A stretch of DNA of 63,056 bases, filler included, from Stramenopiles sp. TOSAG23-2 (GCA_900128395.1; 40 parts of 40 records of this genome joined end to end with filler, not necessarily neighbours in it), one strand, 5' to 3'. Positions 36,972 to 47,601 are shown, counted from the first letter of the whole stretch. Numbers and translations: made by a program. Notes: a model not told the origin generated them from the sequence alone.

Positions 36972-38328
36972 ATATCGATTATGGATCGACTTAATAATCT
37001 TACATCAAATGATACTAAAAGGTTTAATTCACAAGATCTAGCAAATATATGTAATGCATACGGAAAATTAGCTCTAAAAACACCAAAACCAATCATAGAT
37101 CAACTTTACAATCTTACATCAAATGATGTAAACAATTTTGAAGCACATGCTGTAAGCAATATAATATTTGCTATGATTTTATCAGATAAAATAGCGGTAC
37201 CTAGTACAATAAGCAATTGTATTGTAGACATACCCGCATCTAGTTTTTCCTTGGAAGATAGTACGCAGCTATATACCGCATATTTGTATTCAAAGTACGT
37301 ATCAACTTCCAAATTAATAGACGATAAATTAGAAAGAAAAATTGTAGAAATAGAAAAATATCTGAATATAGAAAAACTAAGAATTGATCTTGATCCACCA
37401 AAGGTTACCAAAACACAAAAAGACGTATACAACGTATTGCAAAATTCATTAGGATATACAACTATCAAAATGGAAGCATGCATTGCAAAAGTTTTCTTTG
37501 TTGATATAGAAATAAAACATCCATCGCATGGTAATATACTATTAGAAATTGATGGTAGTATCCATGAAACAAGTTTGACCAAAAAAATAACAGATAACCG
37601 TAAAACAGAAATATTAAATGCAATGGGTTATACAAATATTATACGTATTACAAATGATGAATGGAATAAACTAGGTAATACTCTTGATGCACAATGTAAT
37701 TTTCTTACAAATAAAATAATAGAAATTGATTTCAATCCAAACAGAAGTGATACAATCATTTCAAATAGGTTTCCGAGATTAGATCAACCAAAAGCAATAC
37801 CAATTACGAATCGACTAAACAATCTTACATCGGATGATACTAAAAGTTTGGATAGTAACCTCAAGTCAAAATTTAATATACGTAGAAGCGTAGACATTAA
37901 TAAAAAAATGGTTCAGTTGGGAAAGGATGACGATTACGTAATGCTGAGAAAGATAGTTACTAATAATATTGGAGATTTTGACGCCATAAATGTTTCTACT
38001 GCATTTAATATATTGTCTTGGTTGTGTGTGAATCACGATATCGATGATAATCTTTTATATCTTTTAGAAAGGAAAATTGAAATTCATATAGATGAATTTG
38101 AGGAACAACATTTAGCAACGATATGCAATGCATGTGCAAAATTAGGTCGACCAATACCAATATCGATTATGGATCGAATTAGTAATCTTACATCAAATGA
38201 TACTAAAAGGTTCACTTCGCAAGGCTTAGCAATGATATCTAATGCATATGCAAAACAAGATCAATCAATACCTATATCGATTATGGATCGACTTAATAAT
38301 CTTACATCAAATGATACTACAAGGTTTA
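36972..38328 (+). CDS. OPR-like 38-aa helical-repeat protein with a RAP domain (internal fragment)
   Basis: 38-aa unit ISIMDRISNLTSNDTKRFTSQGLAMISNAYAKQDQSIP; RAP motif VDI...LLEIDGSIH...K..IL..MGY..IRI..DEW. Confidence 0.8.
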
Positions 38329-38430
38329 NNNNNNNNNNNNNNNNNNNNNNNNNNNNNNNNNNNNNNNNNNNNTTAATTAATTAANNNNNNNNNNNNNNNN
38401 NNNNNNNNNNNNNNNNNNNNNNNNNNNNAT

Positions 38431-39257
38431 GAAGTAATACCAATATTAAACGTAGTTGCTACTGGCGCCTCACAAAACAATGCAACTTCTCAAATTAATA
38501 GTAATAATAATAGTAATAATAATAATAACGACCCGCCACCAATTTTAAATTATGGCATGGCAATGCAAGCACCGCCGCCATTGTTGGGAATGCAGCAGCA
38601 GCAACAACAACAAGGACCACCGCCAATTCTAGGAATGCACCGTGGAGGAGGTTTGCCACGTGGTATTGGTATGCCAATAGTAATAATAATAATAACGACC
38701 CGCCACCAATTTTAAATTATGGCATGGCAATGCAAGCACCGCCGCCATTGTTGGGAATGCAGCAGCAGCAACAACAACAAGGACCACCGCCAATTCTAGG
38801 AATGCACCGTGGAGGAGGTTTGCCACGTGGTATTGGTATGCCATCAAGAGGTAGAGGACGTGGTAGAGGACGTGGTTCAGCCGCAATGATGAAGCCAGCA
38901 TGGATGATTCAGCAAGAAAAAGAAGCAGCAATGAAGGAACAAGAAAGTGGCCAAGGTATGATCGGCAAACCACTTGAAGACAATAGCAATAGCAACGGAC
39001 CTCCACCATCTACTAACAATAACAATAATAATATGCAACAGATGAATCAATTCCAACCACCACCTATAAACCCACAAATGAATCAATTCCAACCTCCGCC
39101 ACAAATGGCTCAATTTCAGCAACAACAATACATGCCACCAATGGGAAATTTCATGCAACAACCTCCGCCACAAATGCCAATGTATGGAATGTATCAACAA
39201 CCGGTACCAATGAATACTAAGAAATATGCACCAGATGTTAGTGATTGGGGAGATTAG
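38431..39257 (+). CDS. 3' part of a Pro/Gln/Met-rich low-complexity protein with RG repeats, interrupted by a 167-bp duplication
   Basis: Removing one copy of the 38509/38676 duplication gives one continuous frame from the contig start. Confidence 0.7.
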
Positions 39258-39458
39258 AAAAATAATATGAATACGTTAATATTATGATATCATATCATAT
39301 ATATATGCATAGTCATATCATAATCAGTTATAACCATCGGAAATATGCACCAGATGTTAGTGATTGGGGAGATTAGAAAAATAATATGAATACGTTAATA
39401 TTATGATATCATATCATATATATATGCATAGTCATATCATAATCAGTTATAACCATCG
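39221..39458. repeat. Tandem duplication, 119-bp unit x2, spanning a stop codon
   Basis: Identical units start at 39221 and 39340. Confidence 0.88.
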
Positions 39459-40377
39459 TATATTTATATGCATATTGTATTCTTTAGAAGAGTATATGAA
39501 TTATCATGAAAGAGTAAATTAAAAAATCTAGAGATCAATGCGTTTAATATTTTAAATAATACTCTGCCAGTCTGATCATATTATGGCACTCTGGATACTC
39601 TTATTTACCTATGAAAAACTGTTTAATGGATGAGCGATCACAAATTTACTCTTTTTGTACGATCGTTTGATATAAGAAATATATACTGTATTGTTAATGT
39701 TTTATGATATTGCCCTCCTCGCTCAAAATTAAATTTCATTAGAAAAACTTTCATTTACATCCGCCATGATTTGATTCATAGTTCTNNNNNNNNNNNNNNN
39801 NNNNNNNNNNNNNNNNNNNNNNNNNNNNNTTAATTAATTAANNNNNNNNNNNNNNNNNNNNNNNNNNNNNNNNNNNNNNNNNNNNATTACATAATGGATG
39901 TGTTGCTTGACAAAAAGGAAGAATAATATTAATGAAAAAAAAAATGAAACATGTAACAAGAAACGTGTTATTCATTTTTTTGCGAATGTATATATACAAT
40001 TATCTATTGTAACTACTTTTTACATTCACATTGTACATATATATATATACAAAATGTAAAAGAGATATGGCTTGCCTTTTTTTATATTGGTGCATTGGCA
40101 CATTGCAATAAAATTTACCGTATTTTATAATTTAAGGATATAGCGTCGTGTGTTCCGACTAATTTAAGGAGGATGTCGATGGAAAGAGAAACCCTGATCG
40201 TAACATGAAAATTGGAGGCGGCCATACCTACTTCTTACTTCATAGAGGCCGAAAATAATGTTATTGTTATGTTATTTTATATATACACCCATATTGTCAT
40301 ATTGTTGTATTGTCATATCGTCGTATCGTTGTATTGTATATGTTAGGTTTTTTAGTGATGTTATTGCAATAGCATTG

Positions 40378-40560
40378 ATCACACATATATGCGAATGCGA
40401 ACATTGCCAAGAAATCATACCTGAATTACCCCCCAAAAGAGAAGACAGAGTGAAAGGTCAAATCTATATAAATAAAAAAGGGGAAAAAGGGATTTGGAAT
40501 GGAAATAGACTTCTTTGCGAACACGGCAGAATAAAATCAAGATGTAAAGAGTGTGGATAC
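40378..40560 (+). pseudogene. Fragment of a CEHxR..CKECG zinc-finger-repeat protein (virus-type)
   Basis: ELPPKREDRVKGQIYINKKGEKGIWNGNRLLCEHGRIKSRCKECG; no credible start and only one complete repeat. Confidence 0.5.
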
Positions 40561-40899
40561 CTGGAGATAAGATATAATGAACATGTTTTGTCAAATTGTA
40601 TACAAAATCTGAAATAAATAACATTAATTTGTGGTAATGAATCAGTTATAAAATTCTTTTATGATGATGAAATATTTGAAAATACTGAAGATTTGCATAA
40701 AACCACTGCAAGAATTTTCAAACAATGTTCAAAAGATCCAAAAAAAATTGGTGGATCAATAAATGTAGATATTATATATATATTTATTATGCATAAATTA
40801 AATTATATTTTTTTTAACAAGATGTGGTGTGTACACCAGTACAGGTACATTTGAGATTTGAGGCAGTGATAGACAAACTTCCCTTTGAATAATTTGTAC

Positions 40900-41190
40900 T
40901 TAAATATTAGATAGTAAAATGACCCTTTCTTAGCATACTAATATTTATACTTATGGAATAAAATCCCAAATAGCAAGCACACAGCAGCACCGGTGCACTT
41001 TGGGCTATTAGTGAAATTAGGGGACATATTGGGATATATTATATTTAAATATTAGATAGTAAAATGACCCTTTCTTAGCATACTAATATTTATACTTATG
41101 GAATAAAATCCCAAATAGCAAGCACACAGCAGCACCGGTGCACTTTGGGCTATTAGTGAAATTAGGGGACATATTGGGATATATTATATA
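40900..41190. repeat. Tandem duplication, ~145-bp unit x2
   Basis: Near-identical units start at 40900 and 41045. Confidence 0.85.
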
Positions 41191-41342
41191 TATTGAAAAG
41201 TTAAGAATGCATCTCTTGGCACGCACACATTTTTTTACACAANNNNNNNNNNNNNNNNNNNNNNNNNNNNNNNNNNNNNNNNNNNNTTAATTAATTAANN
41301 NNNNNNNNNNNNNNNNNNNNNNNNNNNNNNNNNNNNNNNNNN

Positions 41343-42578
41343 AGCAGAAGACGTCATACGAGAAATGCAACAACTGCAAGTAAATATAATTTAAAAGATC
41401 AACAAACTGTTGCGGTGAAAGTAAACTCGCCAAGAAATACTACAACATTTTGTGATATGTACGTGAAAGTTCAAAGTGGAAACGAAAATGGAGATGATTC
41501 GATACAAGTATATTTAGATACAGATGAAACTGGGTCTTGTGTCCTAGTGGATGCGGTTAGTTATGATTTATATACTCAAAGTTATGATGGAAATAATATG
41601 ATTCAACTGACACATGTATTGCGTACTGATGCAGGCGTTGCACCAGTACGTCAAGATCGTGTATGGAGTGTTGAAGAAGTTGATAGAGAATTTAAACAAA
41701 CTTTTCCAGTAAGAACTTTTCCAATTGGCAATACAAAAGGATCGCAGAAAACATATCCTATTGCCGATGACAATGCGGATTCTTTTGGTTTACAAACTTT
41801 AGTTAGCAACAAACATATACATGTTTCACCTGAAGACTTATATGCAATGTTTGGAGATGGGCATCGTTTGACACCTATGAAACCAATTGGTGGTGGGATG
41901 CCAATGATGTTGGCTCGGTTTTTTGGTTTTGCTAGTAAAGAAAAATTAACTATACGCAATATTGAAACTGGACAAGAATTAAATAATGTGACCATTCTTG
42001 GGCCACCACGTGTTCGTACGCAAATTGAATTAGCATATTCTGATTTAGTAGATGTAGGTTTACAAAATGATACACCAACTCGTATTAGTGGTGATAACCT
42101 TTCATCTGGAAAATGTATTTTAATACCGCATAACGATGATGGTTCGTTAAATGAAGAAGGTGCTATTAATTTAAAACAAGGTGCTGTGAGGGCATGGCGT
42201 CATATTCATTATGCTGGTAAAGCTGCACAGGGTGGAGATTTTATGACGGTATGTGTAGAAAGTGAGCATTGTACAACAATGTTTCATGATATATTAGTGC
42301 GAGTTGGACAAGATAAACGTGATGCAAATGCCCCAGATCCGAATCCACCATTTTGGATGAAGGCAGCAAAATATGCAGCTTTATCTATTTTTATGCCAGT
42401 TTTCCTAATGATGGGTGGAAGTATTGGCTTTAACAGTAATATGATTCATGTAGATACAGATGAAGGAAATGCTTGTAATATTGGACAAGCAAAAGGTTTT
42501 ACATTGTACAATCAAGATTTAAAAAGTGGTGAATTGAAATTTATTGGTAGTACGAAAAATAGTATGGCCAAAATGTAA
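41343..42578 (+). CDS. pduL: PduL-type phosphotransacylase, tandem domains, 5' truncated
   Basis: SNKHIHVSPEDLYAMFG.GH.L, VTILGPPRVRTQIELA.SD, P.RISGD, GAVRAWRHIH, FHDILVRV and MIHVDTDEGNA; frame is open from 41343. Confidence 0.88.
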   Translation, partial: SRRRHTRNATTASKYNLKDQQTVAVKVNSPRNTTTFCDMYVKVQSGNENGDDSIQVYLDTDETGSCVLVDAVSYDLYTQSYDGNNMIQLTHVLRTDAGVAPVRQDRVWSVEEVDREFKQTFPVRTFPIGNTKGSQKTYPIADDNADSFGLQTLVSNKHIHVSPEDLYAMFGDGHRLTPMKPIGGGMPMMLARFFGFASKEKLTIRNIETGQELNNVTILGPPRVRTQIELAYSDLVDVGLQNDTPTRISGDNLSSGKCILIPHNDDGSLNEEGAINLKQGAVRAWRHIHYAGKAAQGGDFMTVCVESEHCTTMFHDILVRVGQDKRDANAPDPNPPFWMKAAKYAALSIFMPVFLMMGGSIGFNSNMIHVDTDEGNACNIGQAKGFTLYNQDLKSGELKFIGSTKNSMAKM

Positions 42579-42606
42579 TATAATTATAGTACCTGTACTA
42601 TAATAA

Positions 42607-42672
42607 ATGGTTAAAATCTAAGTTATAAAAGTTATAATAATTTTACTTCTTATTCTCGTGTTAAATAATATG
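42607..42672 (+). mobile_element. GATGGTTAAA-family MITE, partial copy
   Basis: ATGGTTAAAATCTAAGTTATA...ATAATTTTACTTC...CTCGTGTTAAATAATATG. Confidence 0.75.
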
Positions 42673-42798
42673 GGCAAGCCCGGCAAGCGGAACGAAATNN
42701 NNNNNNNNNNNNNNNNNNNNNNNNNNNNNNNNNNNNNNNNNNTTAATTAATTAANNNNNNNNNNNNNNNNNNNNNNNNNNNNNNNNNNNNNNNNNNNN

Positions 42799-43940
42799 AT
42801 TGCTTTTAAGAAGGTAATAGCAATGGAGCAAAAATTACCTAGCGTATCGACTGCGAATGGAACTATTGATGCATTAGAGTGAGAACCGTTAGCACGTGCA
42901 CTTTCATGGCTTCTTTTGTACTTTTGTAATTTTAATTTTGAAGCTTGGAAAATGTGGTTGTTAACGACCATCGTATTCATCAATAGATTTTGGCAGCAGT
43001 CAAGAGCATCATTCTCGACGGTTAATTTTCGTAATTTTGGTATCTTATTTTGGTTTTTGTTTGTAATTGTTGTATCGACATAAAATAGAACTTCATCCGG
43101 CGTCTCTGCAGAGGAAATCGAAATGTCTGTGCGGTTCGTTTCAGTTGAATATGGGTGAGCTTCAATCGCGACTGCTTTGATATTGTCACCATTCAAAGCT
43201 TTAACTAAGGCATTCTGGAGCGTATCATGAAGTGCATATTTCCCACCCTTGGTGCAATTATTGAGGCATCTGCCACCTCGTGCATTTTGGCGGGCATTCG
43301 CGTGAGCTGCACCAGCATGAGTTGCACCAGGACAAAACCCGAGATGGGAACGCTCTTTACAATGTATGCGAAGTTCACGATATTCCTTCAAGAAACGCTG
43401 AAATTTCATGTCCATGGCATGCCAAAAAGTTCTCGAATTGTGGAGTTCCCAGTTTGGTCGATTTGACAGATGGAACAAAGACCATCCTGTTTTGGCGCCA
43501 GATAATGAAGTATACATCAGACTTCGTCTCTCCTTGGACATGGGTTTGTACGAACTTAAAAGTTGAATTGGTTCATCAGATATGCAATCCCGTGGGGAAG
43601 CAAACGTGGAAATATCCGGATATCGATCATCAAGGTAAATGTTCATGATGGAGTCCATGAGGTGTCGTTGCAATATGGATTGCACACGTTTGCGAGGAGC
43701 CAGCGGTTTAAATTGATCGTTACCATCTTCATCAACACCGTCTGGGATGGTATCAATTTTCCAAAAAGGTGCAGATGAGGAACCATCATCATCAAGGCGT
43801 CCTAAGAGCCAGATCAAACATTCTCCGGATGAGAGGTGCTGATCATAAGAAGCTTTTGCAGTTTCAGTCAGAATATGACAAGCACTAGAAGGTATTTTTT
43901 CATATGCAGTTGACTTTTTAAAAGTGCTATGTGCAAAACA
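42799..43940 (-). mobile_element. 5'-truncated RLE-type (CRE-like) non-LTR retrotransposon: zinc-knuckle region + restriction-like endonuclease
   Basis: C..GG...LHDTL, NRTDI...YVDTT, KLKLQKY and VPFAVDTLG...FL; frame is open upstream of the track start to about 43940 with no ATG; more GC-rich than its flank; second copy at 1-272. Confidence 0.78.
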
Positions 43941-44003
43941 TATATATATCTTTAGATTTTATATAAAACATTTCATTTAAATAAAAATATAATTTTTATA
44001 TTA

Positions 44004-44044
44004 AGATTTTAACCATTATTATAACTTTAGATTTTAACCATCAT
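44004..44044 (-). mobile_element. Two adjacent terminal fragments of the GATGGTTAAA MITE
   Basis: AGATTTTAACCAT occurs twice. Confidence 0.65.
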
Positions 44045-44448
44045 TTTATATAAAATAAAAAAATATTTTTGGAACATTTCATTATCGATCTGTCTAAAGA
44101 AAAACACCTTTTTCTTTCTCTGTCGGGTACAAAAATGCATGAGCCACAAATATCNNNNNNNNNNNNNNNNNNNNNNNNNNNNNNNNNNNNNNNNNNNNTT
44201 AATTAATTAANNNNNNNNNNNNNNNNNNNNNNNNNNNNNNNNNNNNNNNNNNNNTACTAACCCTACCATCCTTAATCCGTCCTCAGCCATTTTCCACCAT
44301 CGAATCTCAACTTATATTGATAGAGAAAGCTTCATCGGAGAGAGCACAGGGCAAGCAAGTTACATCAATATTAAATACAAAAAGAGATATTCATATATGT
44401 AGATAGATATATATTTATACACAACACGCTAAAATATAAGTTTGCACG

Positions 44449-45225
44449 ATGTCGACGACGATGAGCGATCCAAAGGCAGAAATGGATGGTGGTAAAAAAA
44501 AACGTAAAAGAAAACGTACGAGAAAAAATAAAAAAAAATTGGAAGAGGAACATGGTAGTGGAGATACTATTGAATCAAATGAACATAATATTAATATTAC
44601 CTCTACGACCATATACGTCGAAGGTATATCATATGATGCATCGGAAGAAGATTTAGAGAGTCATTTTCACTCGGTATGTAATAATATTAAAGAAATACGA
44701 ATGCCGCGTTGGCAAGATTCTGGTAAACCACGTGGTTATGCACATATAGATTTTAATACGGTAGAGGAAACACAAGCTGCACTTAAATTAAATGGAAGTG
44801 ATTTGCTTGGTAGGTATTTAAAAATAGCTGTAGCTAACGATCGACGTAAAATCAATACTGTTGGCCCACGCCCAAAAGGTTGTAAAACCATTTTTGTAAA
44901 AAATTTGCCATATGATGTAACAGAAGAGGATGTGAAAAAAGTCTTTCGAATTTTTGGTGTTGTGAATTATGTACGTTTACCACGTTGGAATCACACTGGT
45001 AGATTAAAAGGTATTGGATATGTCGAATTTAAACGAGAAGATAGTGCTGAAATTGCAGTGAAAAAACGTAGTGATATTCATGTTGGTGGTCGTCCAGTTA
45101 TGATTGATTATGATGATGGTGATGGACCAAAACAAAGTTTTAAAACAAAAGATGGAAGGAAATGGAATAAAGTCAATAAAAAAGGCAGTAAACATAAACG
45201 TTTTAAACGTGGACCTACGTTATAA
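44449..45225 (+). CDS. Two-RRM RNA-binding protein (nucleolin/RBM34-like)
   Basis: IYVEGI / RGYAHIDF and IFVKNL / KGIGYVEF RNP2/RNP1 motifs; basic N-terminal NLS-like stretch. Confidence 0.9.
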   Translation: MSTTMSDPKAEMDGGKKKRKRKRTRKNKKKLEEEHGSGDTIESNEHNINITSTTIYVEGISYDASEEDLESHFHSVCNNIKEIRMPRWQDSGKPRGYAHIDFNTVEETQAALKLNGSDLLGRYLKIAVANDRRKINTVGPRPKGCKTIFVKNLPYDVTEEDVKKVFRIFGVVNYVRLPRWNHTGRLKGIGYVEFKREDSAEIAVKKRSDIHVGGRPVMIDYDDGDGPKQSFKTKDGRKWNKVNKKGSKHKRFKRGPTL

Positions 45226-45396
45226 AACCAAATATGATCAGGTTTAAAACAAAAGATGGAAGGAAATGGAATAAAGTCAATAAAAAAGGCATATAACATA
45301 AACGTTTTAAACGTGGACCTACGTTGTAAAACCAAATATGATCAGGGTATCATATATATGCATATCATACAAACTGGCAAACAAATTTATGCATAT

Positions 45397-45517
45397 TATA
45401 ATAATGATGGTTAAATAGCATGTATTAAATTCTTGCGATTGAGTATTTTGAGCATATTACTTAACACACGAGAAGTGTAAAATTATTATAACTTAGATTT
45501 TAACCATCATTATTATA
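45397..45517. mobile_element. Full-length ~120-bp MITE (GATGGTTAAA family)
   Basis: Perfect 19-bp inverted repeat TATAATAATGATGGTTAAA (45397-45415) / TTTAACCATCATTATTATA (45499-45517); internal sequence shared with the other copies. Confidence 0.78.
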
Positions 45518-45946
45518 TTAAAAAGTTAATATATAGATGTATATGAAATGCAATTTAATTAATTACGAACTCGTACTAAATATTTTATTTTATGATAATT
45601 GTCGTGCAAANNNNNNNNNNNNNNNNNNNNNNNNNNNNNNNNNNNNNNNNNNNNTTAATTAATTAANNNNNNNNNNNNNNNNNNNNNNNNNNNNNNNNNN
45701 NNNNNNNNNNTAAAAAAAAGTTATTATATAATAATTCTAGAATGGCCAATAATAAATTAAATATTATAATATAGAATTTATGATCCTCTACTACAAAACA
45801 CACAGGCCAGCAGGATAATATATTATACATCGATATCATTTCCACAATTAGGTCTACTATGTTTGAGAACGGGGAGAACAAAATACACTATAGAAGAAGA
45901 TTCATTTGAAAATATATATATAATTTTACTTTTACACCAATCACAT

Positions 45947-46939
45947 ATGGCCTCGATAATAAATGATAATAATCATGTCAATAATCAAGATGAAGAAAAG
46001 AAATTAAAAACAGTCCTTGTAGTGGAAGAAACGAAACTTCGAATAGCAAATTATTGCCATTTCCGTTTTAATTCACCATCATATAATATCGGTAGCAAAA
46101 CTAGGTGTAGAAAATTGTTTAAAAATGGTTATATACGATTAAACAATGAACTTGTAGAAACGAGTCGAATCCCTAAAATTGGTGATATAATAAGTATAGA
46201 TTTGGATGGTATTGATTCATTTGATATGAAAAATTGTACAGTATATGATAGAAAAATCGATGTCTTATATGAAGATGAACATTTAGCAGTTGTAAATAAA
46301 CCCGCTGGCTTAATTACAAATGGGAATTTTCGATGTACATTACAGAATTGTTTATCTTCAAATTTAAAAGAATCCAATGAAAAGACAAAATGTATGCCAA
46401 AACCTATGCATAGATTAGATTTAATGACTGGCGGCGTAGTATTAATTGGTAAAACTAGAAATGCATGTATGCATCTAGGTAAACAATTTGAAAATCATAC
46501 AGTAAGAAAAAGATATAAAGCCATTTTAATTGGTTATTTAAATAGTGATTCTGGTACAATAACCAGTGATATAGATGGAAGACATGCCGAGACTTATTAT
46601 AAAGTTGTTTCGCGTACTAAATCATTGCATACAGATTGGATAACTACTGTAGATCTTTTTCCGAAAACTGGGCGTAAACATCAATTAAGAATACATATGG
46701 CAAGAGATTTAGGACATCCAATTGTTGGGGATAAAGTACATACACCAGAAAATAAATTGAAACAATTATACCTTGGTAAGGGAATGTTTTTAAGAGCGTT
46801 AGAAATAAATTTTATACATCCAATTGCTACCAATTGCAAAATGGTAGTAAAGATTGAAATTCCTGAACCAGCAAAATTTGAATATTACAGAAATATGGAA
46901 TTGAAAAGATTTCAAAAATTGAAACAAAATAATCAATGA
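45947..46939 (+). CDS. RluA/RluD-family RNA pseudouridine synthase with an S4-like N-terminus
   Basis: VLYEDEHLAVVNKPAGL, HRLD (catalytic Asp), TGRKHQLRIHM and GHPIVGD; first ATG at 45947. Confidence 0.93.
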   Translation: MASIINDNNHVNNQDEEKKLKTVLVVEETKLRIANYCHFRFNSPSYNIGSKTRCRKLFKNGYIRLNNELVETSRIPKIGDIISIDLDGIDSFDMKNCTVYDRKIDVLYEDEHLAVVNKPAGLITNGNFRCTLQNCLSSNLKESNEKTKCMPKPMHRLDLMTGGVVLIGKTRNACMHLGKQFENHTVRKRYKAILIGYLNSDSGTITSDIDGRHAETYYKVVSRTKSLHTDWITTVDLFPKTGRKHQLRIHMARDLGHPIVGDKVHTPENKLKQLYLGKGMFLRALEINFIHPIATNCKMVVKIEIPEPAKFEYYRNMELKRFQKLKQNNQ

Positions 46940-47601
46940 TTAAAATAAATAACATTGATAAAAAATGTAAAATAATAAGAGGTGGGGTGGAAAATGAAAG
47001 AGATGAAGCATTGAATGAAGCATCTGAGGCTACGAAAATAAAGATAAGGCAGAAGCAGATACAAAANNNNNNNNNNNNNNNNNNNNNNNNNNNNNNNNNN
47101 NNNNNNNNNNTTAATTAATTAANNNNNNNNNNNNNNNNNNNNNNNNNNNNNNNNNNNNNNNNNNNNGCATTAGAAGAGGAAGAAGAAACAATAGAGGAAG
47201 AAGAAATAATAGTGGAAGAAGAAATAATAGTGGAAGAAGCACATGTTGTTCACGAAAAGGAAGGCCAAAAAAAGCAAAGGGAATTTGTGGAAATGATGGA
47301 AATTGCGATAACAGTTGATGAAGATACTATTAAAAGAAGCACAAATGATGTTGATACAAACAGTACTCGTAACGAAGAATGGGATACGGCAATATTGAAT
47401 GATTTGTAGACAAACTATTTTTTATATTATGTACGGGCATATATACTGCATCGGTATGCATATAATATTCCTAAAAATTAATACTCGTGTATAATATACA
47501 CGCGAAATTTTTATATAAATTATCAACTATCATACGATTCGTAATGCATATTATGTATACAAAATACAAACGTCAATATACTTCGTATGATACACTCCTT
47601 T

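Noticed and set aside
35515-38328. Apparent cluster of VLTF3 with the RAP protein, or PduL with the retroelement
   Set aside because: They are separated by linkers; order reflects contig length only, so no synteny or operon inference is valid.
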